Shown in pieces: positions 35,170-51,536 of a stretch of DNA of 64,000 nt. Position 1 is the stretch's first letter; the number at the start of each line of letters is the position of its first letter. The stretch is from NCBI RefSeq assembly GCF_018350175.1, contig NC_058368.1, forward strand, positions 158,598,001 through 158,662,000, given 5' to 3'. Below the pieces are notes generated by a model that was not told where the DNA came from, ran no database searches, and was given only the letters and a program-made list of their open reading frames with translations. The DNA is from Felis catus. Its lineage: Eukaryota. The position numbers and the translations under genes were made by a program.

Positions 35170-37826
35170 ATTCTGATCATTAGAAGAATAATGTCTTTAT
35201 TAGATTGACAATATTCTAATAGGTTCACACACTTAGTGACTAATTTGTTTTAAGCTGTTTTTTCATAGCAATTTGGTATATTTGGACTTTGTGAAGATTA
35301 AACCATTCTTGTCAAAATGCAGTACAATTCTGTATTTAAGGATGATAACATTTATCTTAGAAATAGGCTACACAGGGCTGGTCTGAGCTAGTTTGGATCC
35401 ATGCTGAAAAGTTTGAGACTATAAGTCTGTACTCAAGATTCTAAATTGGAGGTCCTTAGAGCAATCCATGGACGTTGGGGAGGTTCACAAACTCTCTGAA
35501 ACTGCATAAATTTGAAGGTATATGCTTCACTCTATTTTCCTAGGAGAAGGTCCATAGCTTTCATCAGATTCTCAAAGGCATTATAACCACAAAAGTTTAG
35601 GACCCAGAACTCCATATATTTAAAATAGAGAATCTTCCACTTTAATCCCCTTCAACACAGTGTATCACTGAGAACAAGATACAGAAGAAGAAGAAGAAGA
35701 ATCTACTTTGCTTTTCAACATGGCTCTTCTTAGGTCTGGAATTATAAATGTTTAAGTGATGTACTGGCAGCCCTTATGTCTTAGCTAAAATTGATTTGCT
35801 ATAAATGAGCATTAAAAGGCTCCAGCAATGGCAGAGATTCTGAATTTTGTTTCTTTTGCTATAGGTTCCATACCATTCCAGGAAGAGTGGGCAGTTCTGA
35901 CCAGCTGGGAAAACTGCCATTGGCCAAGGGCAATGCTTTTAGTTCACGTAATAGGTACAGTTTTCTAATTATAGAGCAAAGAATAAATTTTAACATTTTC
36001 CTTGCTGATTCCCCTTCCTGGATCTAATTAGATGGTGTCAGCTTTAGGTGGTCATGGTCAAAAGCTGCAAATGCAGCAAAGATGGACCTACCTATAATCA
36101 CACCTAACATGGGAAATTACGGTTTTATGAAATGATAGAGTAATGACTTTATCAAAAAATTGCTTTTAACAGAAAGTTTCCTTAATGTTAAAATTCATTC
36201 AACTTGCAAATATTAATTCAAATTCCTTTTTAGGATTATAAGGGAATATAGTTTTAGTTTTATTCTAGGTGACATTTAGCCTCATTTTGGGGAGAAATGT
36301 GACATTTGTTAACACAATATTTTTAAATTAAATTTATCTAATATTTATAGTATTACCTTTCACGACAGAGTAAGGCAGTAGGTAAGAAGCTAAATTTTCC
36401 CCTGGTGTGAGAAATATGATATCTGAAATTATTTTTTTTATTTTAAAGGCTAATTCCAAAATACATGATCCATATATATAGTTTTCATGGGGACTTAAGG
36501 AGTGATAATTACATCTGCACATATTTATATATGAAGTTAAGCTATCGTGCTTTTGTAAACTTTAATGTAAATATAATGGTTTTAGCCTTCAGGAACGTTA
36601 GTTTGCATTCACTTAAACATGAAGAAGAAGAAATCTTATTTAACATTGAAAAAACTGTATCCTTTATTTTGAATTATTGGACTAAATGCAAGATAATCCT
36701 TTTTGTGTTATAAAGTTGGAAATTCCTACAAATGTCTAAAATTCACACTGTTGCCATTCTTAAATTTGAGTGACCAGAAACCATCTAAAAATTGGTCTGT
36801 ATTTGCTTTCGGTTTTCTAATCAGTTAATTGACCCAAGCCATTTTCAAAGAGAGATGACAATGTCTAATTAAAACTTGGAAATGACACTACATTTGAACT
36901 ACTCCTGGCTTATGTTCTTGAACAACAATAAAGACAGTTAAATACTCCTTCTCTCTAATGCACGAGAAACTAATCAAATGCAAGCACTGTTAAAAGCTAA
37001 TGATTTTTCAAAATCCAGTGACTGTCTCCATGATACATAGATGACTGTGGTGGCAAAAATAAAAACAAATCAATCTGAGTTATCTATTTGCAAGTTAAAA
37101 ATGAACATCACTGTTTGCAGGACTCATTAAAATTAGATACTAATTCTTCTTGAGGAATAGGAGTACTATTCTAGGTGAAATTTATCCCCATACCGAAGAG
37201 TGTGGATTTTTAAAAAATTATTATAACTGGCATTTTAAGCCAAGTTAAATTTATCACGTATTTTCACTATTACCACTTTAGATCTTTGATAGTGGGATGT
37301 CCAGATAAAATTGCCACTGGAATTTTGGATTTTACCTAGTAGAGTAGAAGTGTCTCTTAGTTTATAAAGCTTAGGAAGAAATTCTGACCCGTGTGTATTT
37401 TCTATGTTGTTTATTTAATCCCAACTATTTTTAAAAATTGCTCTCATGCTACTTTCCCCAGTCCCAGCTGGTGTTCTTTTCGGGGATGCTACACTGGCCC
37501 ATTGTTTAAAACAACATACATAATCTAGGAAGGCACATGTCAACAGGGCTTTAGGTTAGAGCCAAACCTGGGAAATGTTTTTCAAACAATTCTGTCTCCA
37601 TCCTTTCAGTAAGAGGAGGAACTCTTGAAAGTGTGATGGGAAAACTGTTGGGACCTGTAAGGATCCTATTACTCTGAGAGTCTATGAATGGAATGGGTGG
37701 GAAGAATTAGTACAGCCTTCAGGTGGTAGCTGTAGGTGGTAAAGCCTCCAACAACTTCCTTCACTGAGCTTTCTAATGTTAGAGTCCAGCCTCTGCCAAC
37801 CTCAGGCCAGCTGGAACCTGGCCTTG
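35170..37826 (-). other. LIX1: Probable long LIX1 3' UTR
   Basis: AT-rich, largely repeat-poor sequence follows the stop. Minus-strand AATAAA (tttatt on +) occurs near 35196-35201 and near 35088; the exact end is uncertain. Confidence 0.45.
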
Positions 37827-38345
<519 letters not shown>

Positions 38346-39600
38346 TCAGACTAAGTCAAAACACTACCACCAAGAATGACTCAATAATGTTCACAATAGA
38401 ACTCTGACGTTGCTAGAAAATGTCTTCCTTAGAAAATGCATTCCTTCACACATGGATATTACCTCATTTAGTCCTTGAACTCTTCTGCCCAGGATTTTCT
38501 CCTTCAGCAAGATGGAGAGATGGAAACAGTTATATGGAAAGATTAGGGTATAATTGGGTTTGGTCTCACCCCCTGCAGAAAGCAGGAGGCTTTGAATGAG
38601 GACAAGACTTAGAAACCAGGAGAGCCCACTTCCTAACAAGAGTCAATTTGTTAGCTTCAGGAAGATAGATGACAGTCCAAATGGCTCACAGCAACTACAA
38701 ATAGAACTATAAAAGTGTATTGTGGAACATAGGCATTATCATTATTGATACAATGGTAACTTCATGTACAGTATTTCTTCTGCAAACAATTAAAAATTGG
38801 CCACTACCTGTCAATCTTCATGTGAAAAAAATTGCCAATACATTGTAACATAATGTATGGGTTTGATGGATACACTTTAAGAAGATCTTGTAGAGGGGAT
38901 GCTTTGCTTATTTTTATTTTCAAGAACATATGGTATTTATTTATGACCTTAACAAATTAAAAACAACCATGGAAAAGTGTTTATAACTAACCCAGTGAGT
39001 TTCAAAGGCCTTTTATAAAATCAAAGGAAAAGAAAAAAAATAGCCAAAACCATTGTCAGCTACTTATTTCTTTTCCATCTTTGACATTTTGAAAGCCAGA
39101 CTTTCTAACCAAAGAACAACTAAAAACTCCTGGGGCTGCAGTGCATGGAAAACTCTTATATCCACCCACATCTAGCTGACTAGTAGAGGCTTTATTCCTC
39201 ATACAAATTCCTGTTAGCAAATTCTCAAAAATAAATGGCCATCTTTCAAAGTCTAATGGTGCATAAAGAAAGCAAAGAAAGCATAAATATTGGAAGATAG
39301 CAGGTGAAAGCTGTTCAATACACAGGACAGGGTTTGCCTTTGCCATTAAAAAAGGGGGGGAAGGGTGATTCTCATAGGTAACAAAGAAATAGTGAGACCC
39401 CATTTCTGAAAAACAAGGAAGAAACTTCCAAACCAAAAAATTGAGGTGACTGAATGCCAGCTTGCCCAGCTTTATAATCATTTCTGTTGCCCTTTGGGGA
39501 CTTTTAGTGGATAACTTTACCATTCTTCAGTGAAGCAGTTCAGAAACAGTACATTCTTAAATTTCTTTCTGCATTCGAGAACAGAAGAGGGCACAAATTC

Positions 39601-39686
39601 TTTTTTAATGTATATAATTTATTGCCAAGTTGGCTAACATACAGTGTGTACAGTGTGCTCTTCGTTTTGGGGGTAGATTCCGGTGA
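39601..39686 (-). mobile_element. Very short 5'-truncated L1 3' end with TSD, in a LIX1 intron
   Basis: T-rich tail plus L1-type 3' sequence, flanked by the direct repeat ggcacaaattct. Confidence 0.65.
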
Positions 39687-39923
39687 AGGCACAAATTCTA
39701 AGGTTGGGCAGGTGTGTAGAGTAGATTTAGCACTTGACTTAGAAATCAAGTCTGTCTTAATGATCCCTCTATTCTGGCATTTAGTACAGGTAGCTAAATG
39801 AATCCCATGTCCAGGCAATATTCTCCTTAGCATGCCTAGTTGGTCAGTCCCTGACTCAAATAGACTGTTTTATATATTTTTTTCCTGTATCTTCTGCTCT
39901 TAATACATAAAGTACCAAATTTA

Positions 39924-40097
<174 letters not shown>

Positions 40098-40514
40098 CTA
40101 CAAAACCCAAACACCTGTCATTAATCTCAAAGCAGAAATGTGAAAGAAAGTGTGAGAGATGGGTAGGGCATAACTCTGATCCCCAACTATCTCAGGAAAA
40201 TAGAATACACAATATCATCAGAACATTTTGAGACTTTTCAAACACCAGAGTCTCCAAGATTCTTGAGCATTCTTCCCTCCTCTGCCACATCCATATTTGC
40301 ACAATAAAATGACTAAGTAGTTGAAAAATATCTTTTAACATTAAAAATACATATACTGTAACAACTCTACATTCAAGAAGTTATCTAAATATACCAGCAT
40401 ATCTCAGAATGATGTGCAGGCAAAATTATTCATTGTACTGTTTTTGAAATTGCCTGAGGCTGGGAATATGTTAAATGATCATTTTTAAGGAAATGGTTTT
40501 AAAAAGTATGAAAC

Positions 40515-41089
40515 TTAAGGGTAGCAGAATATGCTACTCCAAAATATAAGTTTAGGACATGTCATTCCAAAACATGCCATTTTGGTATATTGATTATTTT
40601 AAGCCAGAAGCACTTGAAAAACATCAAATGCAGGGAAAGTCTTTCCCTGAACTCCCCTTATCTGCCTAAAGACAAAAGGAACTTGTTTTGATAAATCTCC
40701 TCCTGAGGAATTTTATCAACCAGGGAAGACCAACTCTTACTATAGAAAAGGAAACTGGAAGTCCACACCATACGCAAACAAACTCTGTCACAAAGTATTA
40801 TACATCCTATCTATTCTACTAAGGGCCCATTCATCTTTCTTAAAAATCATTTGCTATCCCCTAAGAGGCCTACATCTCCTGCCTCCCCTTTTCCTATCAA
40901 GATGGTATTTTATCATAAATTCCAAGCCACCTCAGGAAGATACTTATTTTTCCCTGAGTATCTCTCATGTATATGTGAGGTATATATGCTAATAAACTTC
41001 TGTTTTTCTTATGTTAATCTGTCTTTGATTGCAGGGGTCTCAGCTAAGAACTCATAAGGGTAGAGGGAAAATTATTTTCCTCCCCTACA
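40515..41089 (+). mobile_element. Solo ERV LTR (MER34-like) in a LIX1 intron
   Basis: gggtagcagaatatgc...ccaaaata start, aataaacttctgttt poly(A) signal, ends tcctcccctaca. Confidence 0.7.
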
Positions 41090-43584
41090 ATACATTATTG
41101 CTACTGAATACTTTCATTCATGGAGAGAGAATGAGAAGGCTCTCCAGGTTCTAGTATAAAGGGTCTTTATGATGTGGTGTTAAAAGAAAAGCAAGATGCA
41201 CAACACATATACTGTGTGCTGGTATTTGATTTAAAAGAATAGAAAACCCTTATAAATGTTTGCTTGTAAATGCCAGGAGAGTTCTGGCAAGATACAAAAG
41301 AACTGGGTAACATAGTTGTCTCTGGGGAGAGAACAGGAATGTCTGGGAGGATGGGGAGGGAGATCTCCCTCTGACATTCTTTGTTACCTATTGAGCTTTG
41401 AATCATGTGACAATATTACATATTAGAGAAACCATTTAAATTTTAGCCAAAAAGTAAATATAGATAACATATAATTGACAAACCACAGAAACTGTAAAAT
41501 TCTCCTATGTTTATAAATTCAGTCAAGAAAATGCATAAAAATATGGGTAATAAAGTGTAATTGACCTTAAAACCAATCCACAGTCCCTATATCCAGTGGC
41601 CCGGGGCTGAGCACATCACTGAGTTTCTATCAGCATCTTTTCCCTTGATGATATGAAGGGCAAGGTAAACTATATACACATACTGAAGATTTTATTTTCC
41701 TAATGCGTCTTCCAGTGAAATTATCTGCATTTTTTTTCATTTTTGGTCAGAGAGACTACCCCCCCCCCCATTGTGGACTAACAGCATAAACAACACACAC
41801 AATGCAATTAAGGAAATTCCTGGTCATGACACTAGTTATGAAAACTTAACTTTGAGACAGATGTCCTACCGACCATTTAAAAAAGCTGATTGTTATTGTC
41901 TTTACCTCTGCTTGCTCAGGAAGAAGCTTAAATTATGAAAATGAAGAGATCTAAGGCATTCTAAGATTTCAGACACCTTAAAATTATTGAATTTTAAAGC
42001 TATAAGATGATCAGAAGAGCAAATATCACCATTCTTATGTCTAAAATTGCCAGTAGAATGTAATTTTTTTCCCTTCTTTTCAGTTTGGGGTTTTGTCTAT
42101 ATTCTATTATTCAAGTGAGCACTCAAAGAGCCCATAGAGACTTCAGTGAAAGCAAAACCATGTGTTTCTATTAATTAAAATAATTCATGGATACCAGCAG
42201 AATTACTCCTCCTACCCCAAACAGAGATGCCACTATCTGCCTAGGGCTCTGGTTCCACTGCTCAGGGAAGCTGCCCCTCTTATGCCCTCTCTTTTTCACT
42301 TCTCCCTGGTCCAGATTTTCAGTCTGTCATGTCACTCTGATCATTTGGAAAAGTGAGAGTTGGTTTGTTCTACAGCTAAATCTTATGTAATCTGCTTCTC
42401 ACCCCTGTGCTTCTCAGCAAGGTAACCCCAGTGACTGAAGAGGGTAAATCTGTGCTACCTTTCTCATTGTACCTTTAAACCTACTCACTAAAGACTTGGT
42501 AGCCATAAAAATGAAAAGGAACACTTTTTATGTCCTGATAGGAAACAGTCTCTGTGATATTACAGGAGGGCCACTATTTCCAAATAAGACATCTCTTTCC
42601 GTTTCATGTTTTATTTTGTATTCTAGTGTATATACCCATTTTTTAAAATAATGCATACCACCTCCACTCCTCCACTTTCCCCCCAACCCAAGTTTATAAT
42701 GGTTACACTCAGTAAAACCCAGAAAGATATAGTGAGTTTCTTCTGTGACTTTCAACAGCCCTCTTGATATTGTCCTTGTGGCCCAGTTTGAGAAACAGCC
42801 TACAGGGCTCTTAATTCCACCATCCTACAATTTTTGCCTTAGTAACATATTCTTCCTCCAATGTCTTCTAAGCTCTCATTCTTATCTATACACTAACTAC
42901 TGCCCCCTTTCCAGATAAACTCTTGGCATTCCACCCAGCAGTCCTCCTAAGACTTTAGCACCCACAATTCTGCCATGAACAGAGCCAAAAACTGTTCCCA
43001 TGTCCCTTGGCAACCGACATCTCTCAAAAACTTCCCCACAGAGACTTGAACTGTTTTTCACTGTGGAAGAGCCCTCCTCCTTACCCCTTATGGTTTGTCC
43101 AAATTTCTATTCCATCCCCAAGGAGTTTTTGCTGCAGCAGTAACACAACTGCCTCTTTCTCAGTGCTGTTTTTGTTCCTAAAATCCCACAGGGAAGATGA
43201 CCTTCTTTCTGCCTTCTTACATTACATCCCAATCTAGTCATTGCCTTCCTTTGTAGAGATGCTAATCTTATGATCACTATGTAAAGTATATTGAAATATT
43301 TCCACATTCTTCCTGTCCTACTTCTTTATTTTCCTTCATAAGACCACCTTTACTATCCTCAAATCTTCCCGAAGCTGTTTGAGCCCTTCTCTTAACCCCA
43401 GGAAATCCTTGTATGCCTCTCGTTGATTCCATCAGAAATCCCTGCATTATTGCAGACTGGCAAGGAGAGCAAGGAGAGGGCTGCTGTGGGCCTCTGTAAG
43501 GATTCTCTTCCTAGGTCATCATAATCCCCTGCTGCCTGGTTTTCATGGTTTTGTTTTCTACCTGTCAAAGCCTTATCACTTTAA

Positions 43585-43797
43585 TTTTTTTTTTTTTTTT
43601 AATGTTTATTACTGAGAGAGAGACACAGAGCGCGAGCAGGGGAGGGGTAGAGAGAGTGGGAGACACAGAATCTGAAGCAGGCTCCAGGCTCTGAGCTGTC
43701 AGCACAGAGCCTGATGCAGGGCTCGAACTCACAAACTGTGAGATCATGACCTGAGCCGAAGTCGGTTGCCCAACCAACTGAGCCACCCAGGTGCCCC
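43585..43797 (-). mobile_element. SINEC with TSD ccttatcactttaa
   Basis: Reverse SINEC flanked by direct repeats. Confidence 0.9.
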
Positions 43798-44028
43798 AAA
43801 ACCTTATCACTTTAAAGGAAATATGTTTGGTGAGCTATCTGACCTGTTCCTTATTCATGTCTTTGTGCCATGCTTCTTGTTATGTGGCTGACCTAGAAGC
43901 CTGGGGAGTCTGGGTAGGCTGACAGGTAAACAAGAAGCTGGCCTATAAGTTGGGTTGGGACTAGGGTGATATTTGTTTGTTATGAATTTTCACACACTCA
44001 TTTTGAGTTTTTAAAATATTGCATTATA

Positions 44029-44250
44029 GGGGTGTCTGGGTGGCACAGTATAGTGGTGTCTGGGTGGCACAGTCACTTGAATAGAATTCTTGGTTTTGGC
44101 TCAGGTCATGATCTCAGGGTCGTGGGATCAAGCCTCACATTGAGCTCCATGCTGAGCATGGAGCCTGCTTAAGATTCTCTGCCTCCCTCTGCCCCTCTCC
44201 CTTGATTGTACTCTCTTTCTCTAAAAAAATAATAAGAATAAAATAAAATA
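44029..44250 (+). mobile_element. SINEC with duplicated 5' end
   Basis: ggtgtctgggtggcacagt occurs twice at the head. Confidence 0.82.
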
Positions 44251-46395
44251 GTGCATTATAATATTGTCTTTATCATTGAACTTTTTGAAACTCCTTTAAA
44301 TTTTGTGCCTGAGGTAAATGCTTAATTCTCCTTTTCTAGTCCCTTCTGGTGAGTCTGTCTCAGGGACAAGGCCAGCTTCATGAACTTGTGATCTGTGCAG
44401 TCACACAGGACCCCAAGCTTGATTTAAGTCTCCACCGACTTGAAATTCTTAGCAATTTTTTTAAAAGGCCCTACATTTTTATCTTGTATGGGCCCCAAGA
44501 ATTATGTAGCCAGTCCTGATCAGTAAAATAAATTTGATATCAAATGGAGAATTGAACCCTTTGTTTTCTTCATCTTTAGGAAAAAGTGCAAACTGCAGCT
44601 TTCATTCTTCAGTTTTCCTGGTTCAATTTGTCATTCATTTAGTTTAAACCACCACCAGCTGGGCTCTGTCCTCAGTGCTTCCTGGTGTTGCCTCCTATTA
44701 GGAACAATGTTTGCCCTTTCAGCTACTTTGTGGGGAGAAAATGCATGCTGCTTCTCTCTAGAACTCTGTCTGGGAGACTCTCTTGGTTCTGTGATTCATC
44801 AGAAATAAGAAAAACAAACACTGTAAATGGAGAACTTGAAAAACAGGTGGGCACCATCTCCCCACCCAAGAGAATGGATTTAAGAGGAAATTTGTTTATG
44901 GGATGAGGTTTTAAAAGGCGACCTGGAGAATTTAGCAAAGATGTAAATAAACAAGTCGTCCTTGGACTGCATTAGGCTTCAGAGTAAATATATTAACCAG
45001 CTTCAGTCAAAGTCTGCCTCAAATCTGACCTTGACAAGACCCAGTGGCTAGTGCTGTTGCCATCCCTCCCCCCAAACACCAGGCAATTTTCTGTATGGGA
45101 AGGCTACCCAGCTTCCCTCCCACGAAGTGAACGTAAGCAGAAGCCTATCACGTTTCCTCTGAGTGCTGCCTCCTTGACAGCCCCCCTGGAAAGCCTGCAG
45201 GCAGTCAGGAGACACCCGCCTTGTTTTTATATGGTATAGTCATCCGTAGCTAGATACAGACATACGTCTATTACCCACCAGGGGTACTGAATTGCTGTGT
45301 CGGCTACAAACAGCCCAGGTCTGTGGTCAATTCCCATTATGTGAAGAAACAAGCTGATGCATTTAACCCAGGCCACCAAGGAATGTGCTGGGACCCAGCA
45401 GGCAACCTAGAACTGGCGGAAGGAAAAGAGATGTGTTCCACAGCCGTCCTCCTGGGTTGCCAGCATCCCTACTGGGGGAGTGAGTTTGGATTTTTCCTGC
45501 CCTCACATCCTCTTCCTTTGTCCCCCATCCTGTCCCCAGCCTCTGTTCTGAGAATTTATGAACCATTTCCACAGTTTGATTCAAGTTATTATTTCACATA
45601 CTTAAATACCTTACAACATAGACCACACAGAAAACATACAGCCCATTGCAAGGTAATTAAAGTATTACTAAAAGGTGGTTGAGTACAGCCTTTCATAGTA
45701 TTTGGACAAAATTTTAAGAATTTTTAAAAATCCTGCCTCCCTCATCTTTGCCAGATTAATAACCTAATTGCAATCAAAAATCATTCTTAGTTTTCTGAAA
45801 ACAGCTACTAAATCACATACAAGCTACTATGTACTAGAGCAGGCAACATTCATTTTATAGTAAAAGAAGTACAATTTTCTTTGGTTGGGGTTGAGAGGGG
45901 AGGAATTAAAATAAATGAGGTTCTTCCTTGGGGAAATTACTGTACTAGATGCTGTATAAATGTCACGTTATGTGCATTCCACAAAAATCCTACACAATGG
46001 GCATTATGATTCCTATTTTATAGATGAGAAAATTGAGTCTCAGAATACTGAAGTGCCCAGGTGGGAATTGGTAGGGCAGGTGTCACACAGTCTATCCAAT
46101 TTTGACAAATTGGTGTTCTTTCTCTTGGGTTATCCTCTTCCCTTTCATTTTTTTCTCTTTGACTTTAGATTATTTATGGGGGAAAAGTATGGACCCTTTA
46201 CAGTTCCACCCTTTTATCCTACAGCAAGAGCCCTGAAATATTTAGTGCAGGGAGGTATCTTTTCCTCATTTGAAACCTTTAGATTAGATAAAGTTGCCAA
46301 GGGAATCCATCTGGTAGCCTTTCAGGTGAAGCAGTCTTTCTTCAGAAGTATATATAATAACAGTTGTCAATATTCATTGAGTATTTAAAAAAAAA

Positions 46396-46601
46396 ATTTT
46401 AACGTTTATTTATTTTTGAGACAGAGAGAGACAGAGCATGAACGGGGGAAGGTCAGAGAGAGGGAGACACAGAATCCGAAACAGGTTCCAGGCTCCGAGC
46501 TGTCAGCACAGAGCCCGACGCGGGGCTCAAACTCACGGACCGCGAGATCATGACCTGAGCCGAAGTCGGCCGCTCAACTGACTGAGCCACCCAGGCGCCC
46601 C
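46396..46601 (-). mobile_element. Young SINEC_Fc
   Basis: CpG-rich reverse SINEC; flanking repeat caatattcatt. Confidence 0.9.
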
Positions 46602-46924
46602 AATATTCATTATTTACCATATGCTAGGAACTGTTCTGGACTCTTTCTATATTGTCCCATCTAACGCTCACCATGGCACTGTGAGGTAGTGCCAGTACTA
46701 ATAGTCTCCCTAATTTACATACAATGAGGAAACAGATTTAGAGGTGAGAAGCAGAGCCAAGCTAAATTGGGCCAGCCCACTTCAGACTCTGGGCTCAGAA
46801 TCACTGAGCTGATGCATGCCCCTGTCTATCCCAGAGGGTATGCTTTAGGGATACCCAGTCTCTTCAAAACCAAGACAATCAACCTCAAAGGCCAGTGAGA
46901 CCACTGCCACTTAAAAAGAAAACG

Positions 46925-47140
46925 GGATGGTGCCTGAGTGGCTCATTTGGTTAAGCGTCTGACTTCAGTCCAGGTCATGATCTCACAGTTAGTGGGTTCA
47001 AGCCCCACATCAGGCTCTGTGCTGACAGTGCAGAGCTGGCTTCAGATCCTCTGCCTCTCTCTCTGCCCCTCCCCGACTCATAAGTACTTACTCTCTCTCT
47101 CTCTCAAAAATAAATAAACATTAAAAAAAAAACAAAAAAC
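46925..47140 (+). mobile_element. SINEC
   Basis: SINEC body and A tail. Confidence 0.87.
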
Positions 47141-48352
47141 TGGGTGACTTAATGAAGAGAGGGTAATTTTGAGAACAAAACAAATGCCTAATGAAGGAAA
47201 ATACTGATTTTTAAAAATGGGCAGGAGGGACGTATCCACCTACAAAGTGGCTATGGCATTGCAGTCCAGAAAATAGTTTGAAAGGTATTTGAAAGCTGGT
47301 GGCTTCAGAGCTCAACTGTAAGACCACTGTAAACTACACCATAATGAACATTTGGGTCCATAAAACATTGTATCTTTGATTGCTTCTCGGAATCTAACAA
47401 CAGAAATACTGGAGGTATAGTCTCTTCATTATAACATTGTGTATTGATTCCTATTAGCATTGCATAAATATGGATATTCAATATCCAAGTTTAATTTTTT
47501 TAGAGGGCACACATTTCATGCCCAATCACTGCTGAATTTTCATCTGCCCAGTCCAATAAAAGATAACAGTTGGGACTGTGAGCTCAGAAATTAGACTGCA
47601 TGGGTCTGAACCCTTGCTCTGCAATTGACTAAATATGGCACATTTCCTTTCCTGATGACATGGGGATAATAAATACTCGTATGTTTATTGTGAGTGTTAA
47701 ATTATGCTATTTGTTAAATGCTCAGCACAGTGAGCACAGTGTCAGACAAAGTAAGCATCCAATAAGTGTCAATGAGTATTATTCTTATTGTTAATGTTAT
47801 TGATTTGCAAATAATAAGTAATATAGTTCTTCAGCTCTATTATTGCTTGTCAGCAGTGGATGAAACAGAGTTACAGCTTGATAAATGTTTTGATTTAGTT
47901 AACAATGGGTGGTGGCAGATCTTGTTTAGTGGAAATGCCAGAAGTGAGGGGGGCATTGTTTAATGTACACTGTAGGCAACTTCATCTATGACTTCCGAAA
48001 ATTAAGAACCAAATGGTCAAAACCAACACTTCAAAGTGTTTAGTTTGGCTTAAAAGGAACTTTGTACTGAAAAGCTGGTGAAATGTTACAAGGTCTTCAA
48101 GTGGTGGTGTTCCCCAGCTGTTCCTTAGACTTAAGCCTTTTACTTCCCTTTAAGAAAGCAAAGACTCTGCTTTGTTTGTTTGTTTGTTTTAGTCTACTGA
48201 GGTGTGGCTATAATGGAGCTACCATGCTGGATTCTAAGAGGGTTAGGTTAAAAGGCCCAAAACAAAAAAAAAAAAGACTAGACTATTGGGAAAGGAGATG
48301 TTAATGATAAGAGTGGCATTCTCACAAGTTTCTGGATTGTGTAGCAAAATTA

Positions 48353-48538
<186 letters not shown>

Positions 48539-50512
48539 TTAATGCCATGGCCCTATAGTGAAATTTCTATTTTCCTGACCTTTCAGGTGTGCATTCTACA
48601 ACCAAGTGTCCAGTTGATTTGGGATAAAATTCTTAATCTCATCATGACTCAGAGTAAAGAGGAGGATTTTGTAATCAATTTGAATCTAGATTTTGATTAG
48701 AATGTTAACTAATTATATACTTGCTAAAAGAATAATTTTCCCAAAGTAGAAATTCCTGTATCTTGCACAAGGTCTTTGCTGTTGATGGTGGTAATGTTTG
48801 AGTGGTTGCCCTCTGAGGCTGCCTTCATCTGTTATTTGAAACATTAGAATGCTGACCCTGTTCTGATTTGATGGCAACCAGGCAAGATTATATAACTGAG
48901 AGGGAAATAATTCTCTGGTTGTACAGACCATTCATATTTTACTGCCATGATTCTTAATGGGAGTTCTTATAATACGTTGGTGTTTGACCTGGAGACATGG
49001 ATCTTGTTGTATATTTTTTCACTTCTGGACTGCTTAATCTTTAGGAAACAAGGTGGGTGGGTGACGAGTAGAACTGAAATTTCCCTTCAATTTAGTTAGG
49101 GGTAGTAACAATAAAAAAAACTAACACAAGCTGTGGGCTGGCATTGGGGCCTGCCCTTTAGTATCCCAGGGACTTGGATTTCTGGGAAAGTGGGCAATGC
49201 CTTTGTGAGACTGAACAAACAACTGCCAGCATCAGATACTAGCAAATTTATAGCTTTTGAATGCAATAACATTAACATGCTGCTGCTGAAATATTTATGT
49301 TGGCTTTTTAAATATCCCAGAGGAAATCCATCCAGAGCCTGCAAACCTTATATATTCTCTTTCCTGAGAAATTTCCATGAAAAAAATGATAAATTACATT
49401 TACACTGAGGGCCCCTCCCTGCTCCTGAGTAAATTCCACACATATAAATCAGGCATCATTTTCCTAACTCTCTTCCTCAAAGGCACTTAAAATTTACAGG
49501 GCAAGAAAATAAAGGCTTCCTTTCATCCTGACAGCAGATACAGAACAGAGCCCCCTGATGTCTTCCTGCCAGGTCAACCACTCTCTGTCCCTTACCCCTT
49601 CTCTTATCTCTCTTGGGGGTGACAAGAGCATTTACGAGGGGAAAAGGAACAAAAGGGTCACTGCTAGGGCGATAATGTGTCCTTCATTTTCAGCAGCTTC
49701 TCCAAAATGACAGAACCTTTGTAACCAGATTAAGGTAATCAGAGAATGTAAATCTCAGATGGGGTTTATCCATGCTAATGGCAAAATCAGGAGGTGGCTA
49801 ATTCCCTCAGTAATGCCAAGTTCCTGTTTTTGGAGGACACACACAGAGACACCTGCCACAGTAAGAAACCAAGGCTTCATCCATTGTAGTTTGCAGGTAA
49901 CAAGTATCAGAAGCTTCACATAATACAAGGGGCAAATCATCTACTCCTGGATTTCTAAGACAGTTTTTGTTCTTACAGCATTTTGCATTAATTATGTCCA
50001 TTATAGAAATTTTCTCTGTAAAAAGTTTTCAGCTCTCTGAAAGAAGTAATTCCTATTAAGCATGATAATTCTAAGAGCTAACAAATATTGGGAATATGGC
50101 TTTTCCATATCTGAGCAGTCAGCCTTTCCTTAAAAATACAGATTGCCAGATTCCTACACTGGCTGGGGAATTGGTACTTTTACTAAAGCACTTCAGATAA
50201 TTTTTATCATCAGTCAAGTTTGGGGGAAAAATGAGCTAGTTTATCTCTACATTAAAACAGGATTCAGTTGTATGCATTCCCAAACCCTAAAAGAATCAAC
50301 GCTTTTCAAATAGCTAACATTCAAGTAAACAAATCAGGATGGATCAAATTATCTACTTTGATTTAAAGTTTGGTTAATGGTGATCAAGGGCGTCTAAAAA
50401 ATATTTCTGTGATGTGGCATAGGAAGACAGTTCCAATTTCTTGATTTCTAATCCAAGTGTTAGTTTTGTTGAAAATCAATGATTTCATGGGTAAAACTTA
50501 AACTTGCACAAT

Positions 50513-50548
<36 letters not shown>

Positions 50549-50761
50549 TAAACTCTATGCCCAGTGTGGTGCTTGAACTCACAACTGAGCCAGCCAGGCT
50601 CCCCAAGTCCTTTAAAAAAAGTTCCTGCACAAGGAACTCCCCAAGTTCTTTTAAAAAAAAAAGTTCCCCAAGTTTCTGCACAGTTCTTAAAGAATTTGCT
50701 TATTTGAGTATTTCCCAAGATTGAAATGCCTCAGTGTTTCAGTGCAGCCAGCTCTACCCTA

Positions 50762-50938
<177 letters not shown>

Positions 50939-51317
50939 TTATTACAGGATTCAGCATCTCACCATTTTTTTCACTGCCTCAGTGGATCTCTGGACATTTC
51001 CATTCATACATTTACTCTCTGCACCTATTCTTCCTTACTCATTGCTAGTCCCCTGAAGATCATGAGATTATCTTTCTGCCCTAGAGTCCATGAAAATGTC
51101 TTGGTTGGTCTTCCATTGATTTTTGTCTTATTTTACTGTCATTGAATGTCTACTCTGCACCAGAGGCTTTGAAAACTGTTAATAAATAATAATAAAATAA
51201 AAGTAATAATGGCTACTACTGTGTACTTGGTGATTACATTTGTCTTCAGTGCCTTCCTCAAATCCTTATTTCAGAAGGAGAAAAATGTAAGGAAAGAAGG
51301 AAAATGGGAGATATATA

Positions 51318-51536
51318 TTTTTTTAATTTTTATTTTAATTTTATTTTTGAGAGAGACAGAGAGACAGAACATGAGCAGGGGAGGGGCAGAGAGAGAGGGA
51401 GACACAGAATCCGAAGCAGGCTTCAGGTTCTGAGCTGTCAGCACAGAGTCAGATGTGGGACTCAAACCCATGGACCATGAGATCATGACCTGAGCCAAAG
51501 ATGGACACTTAACCATCTGAGCCACCCAGGTTCCCT
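51318..51536 (-). mobile_element. SINEC
   Basis: Reverse SINEC. Confidence 0.88.
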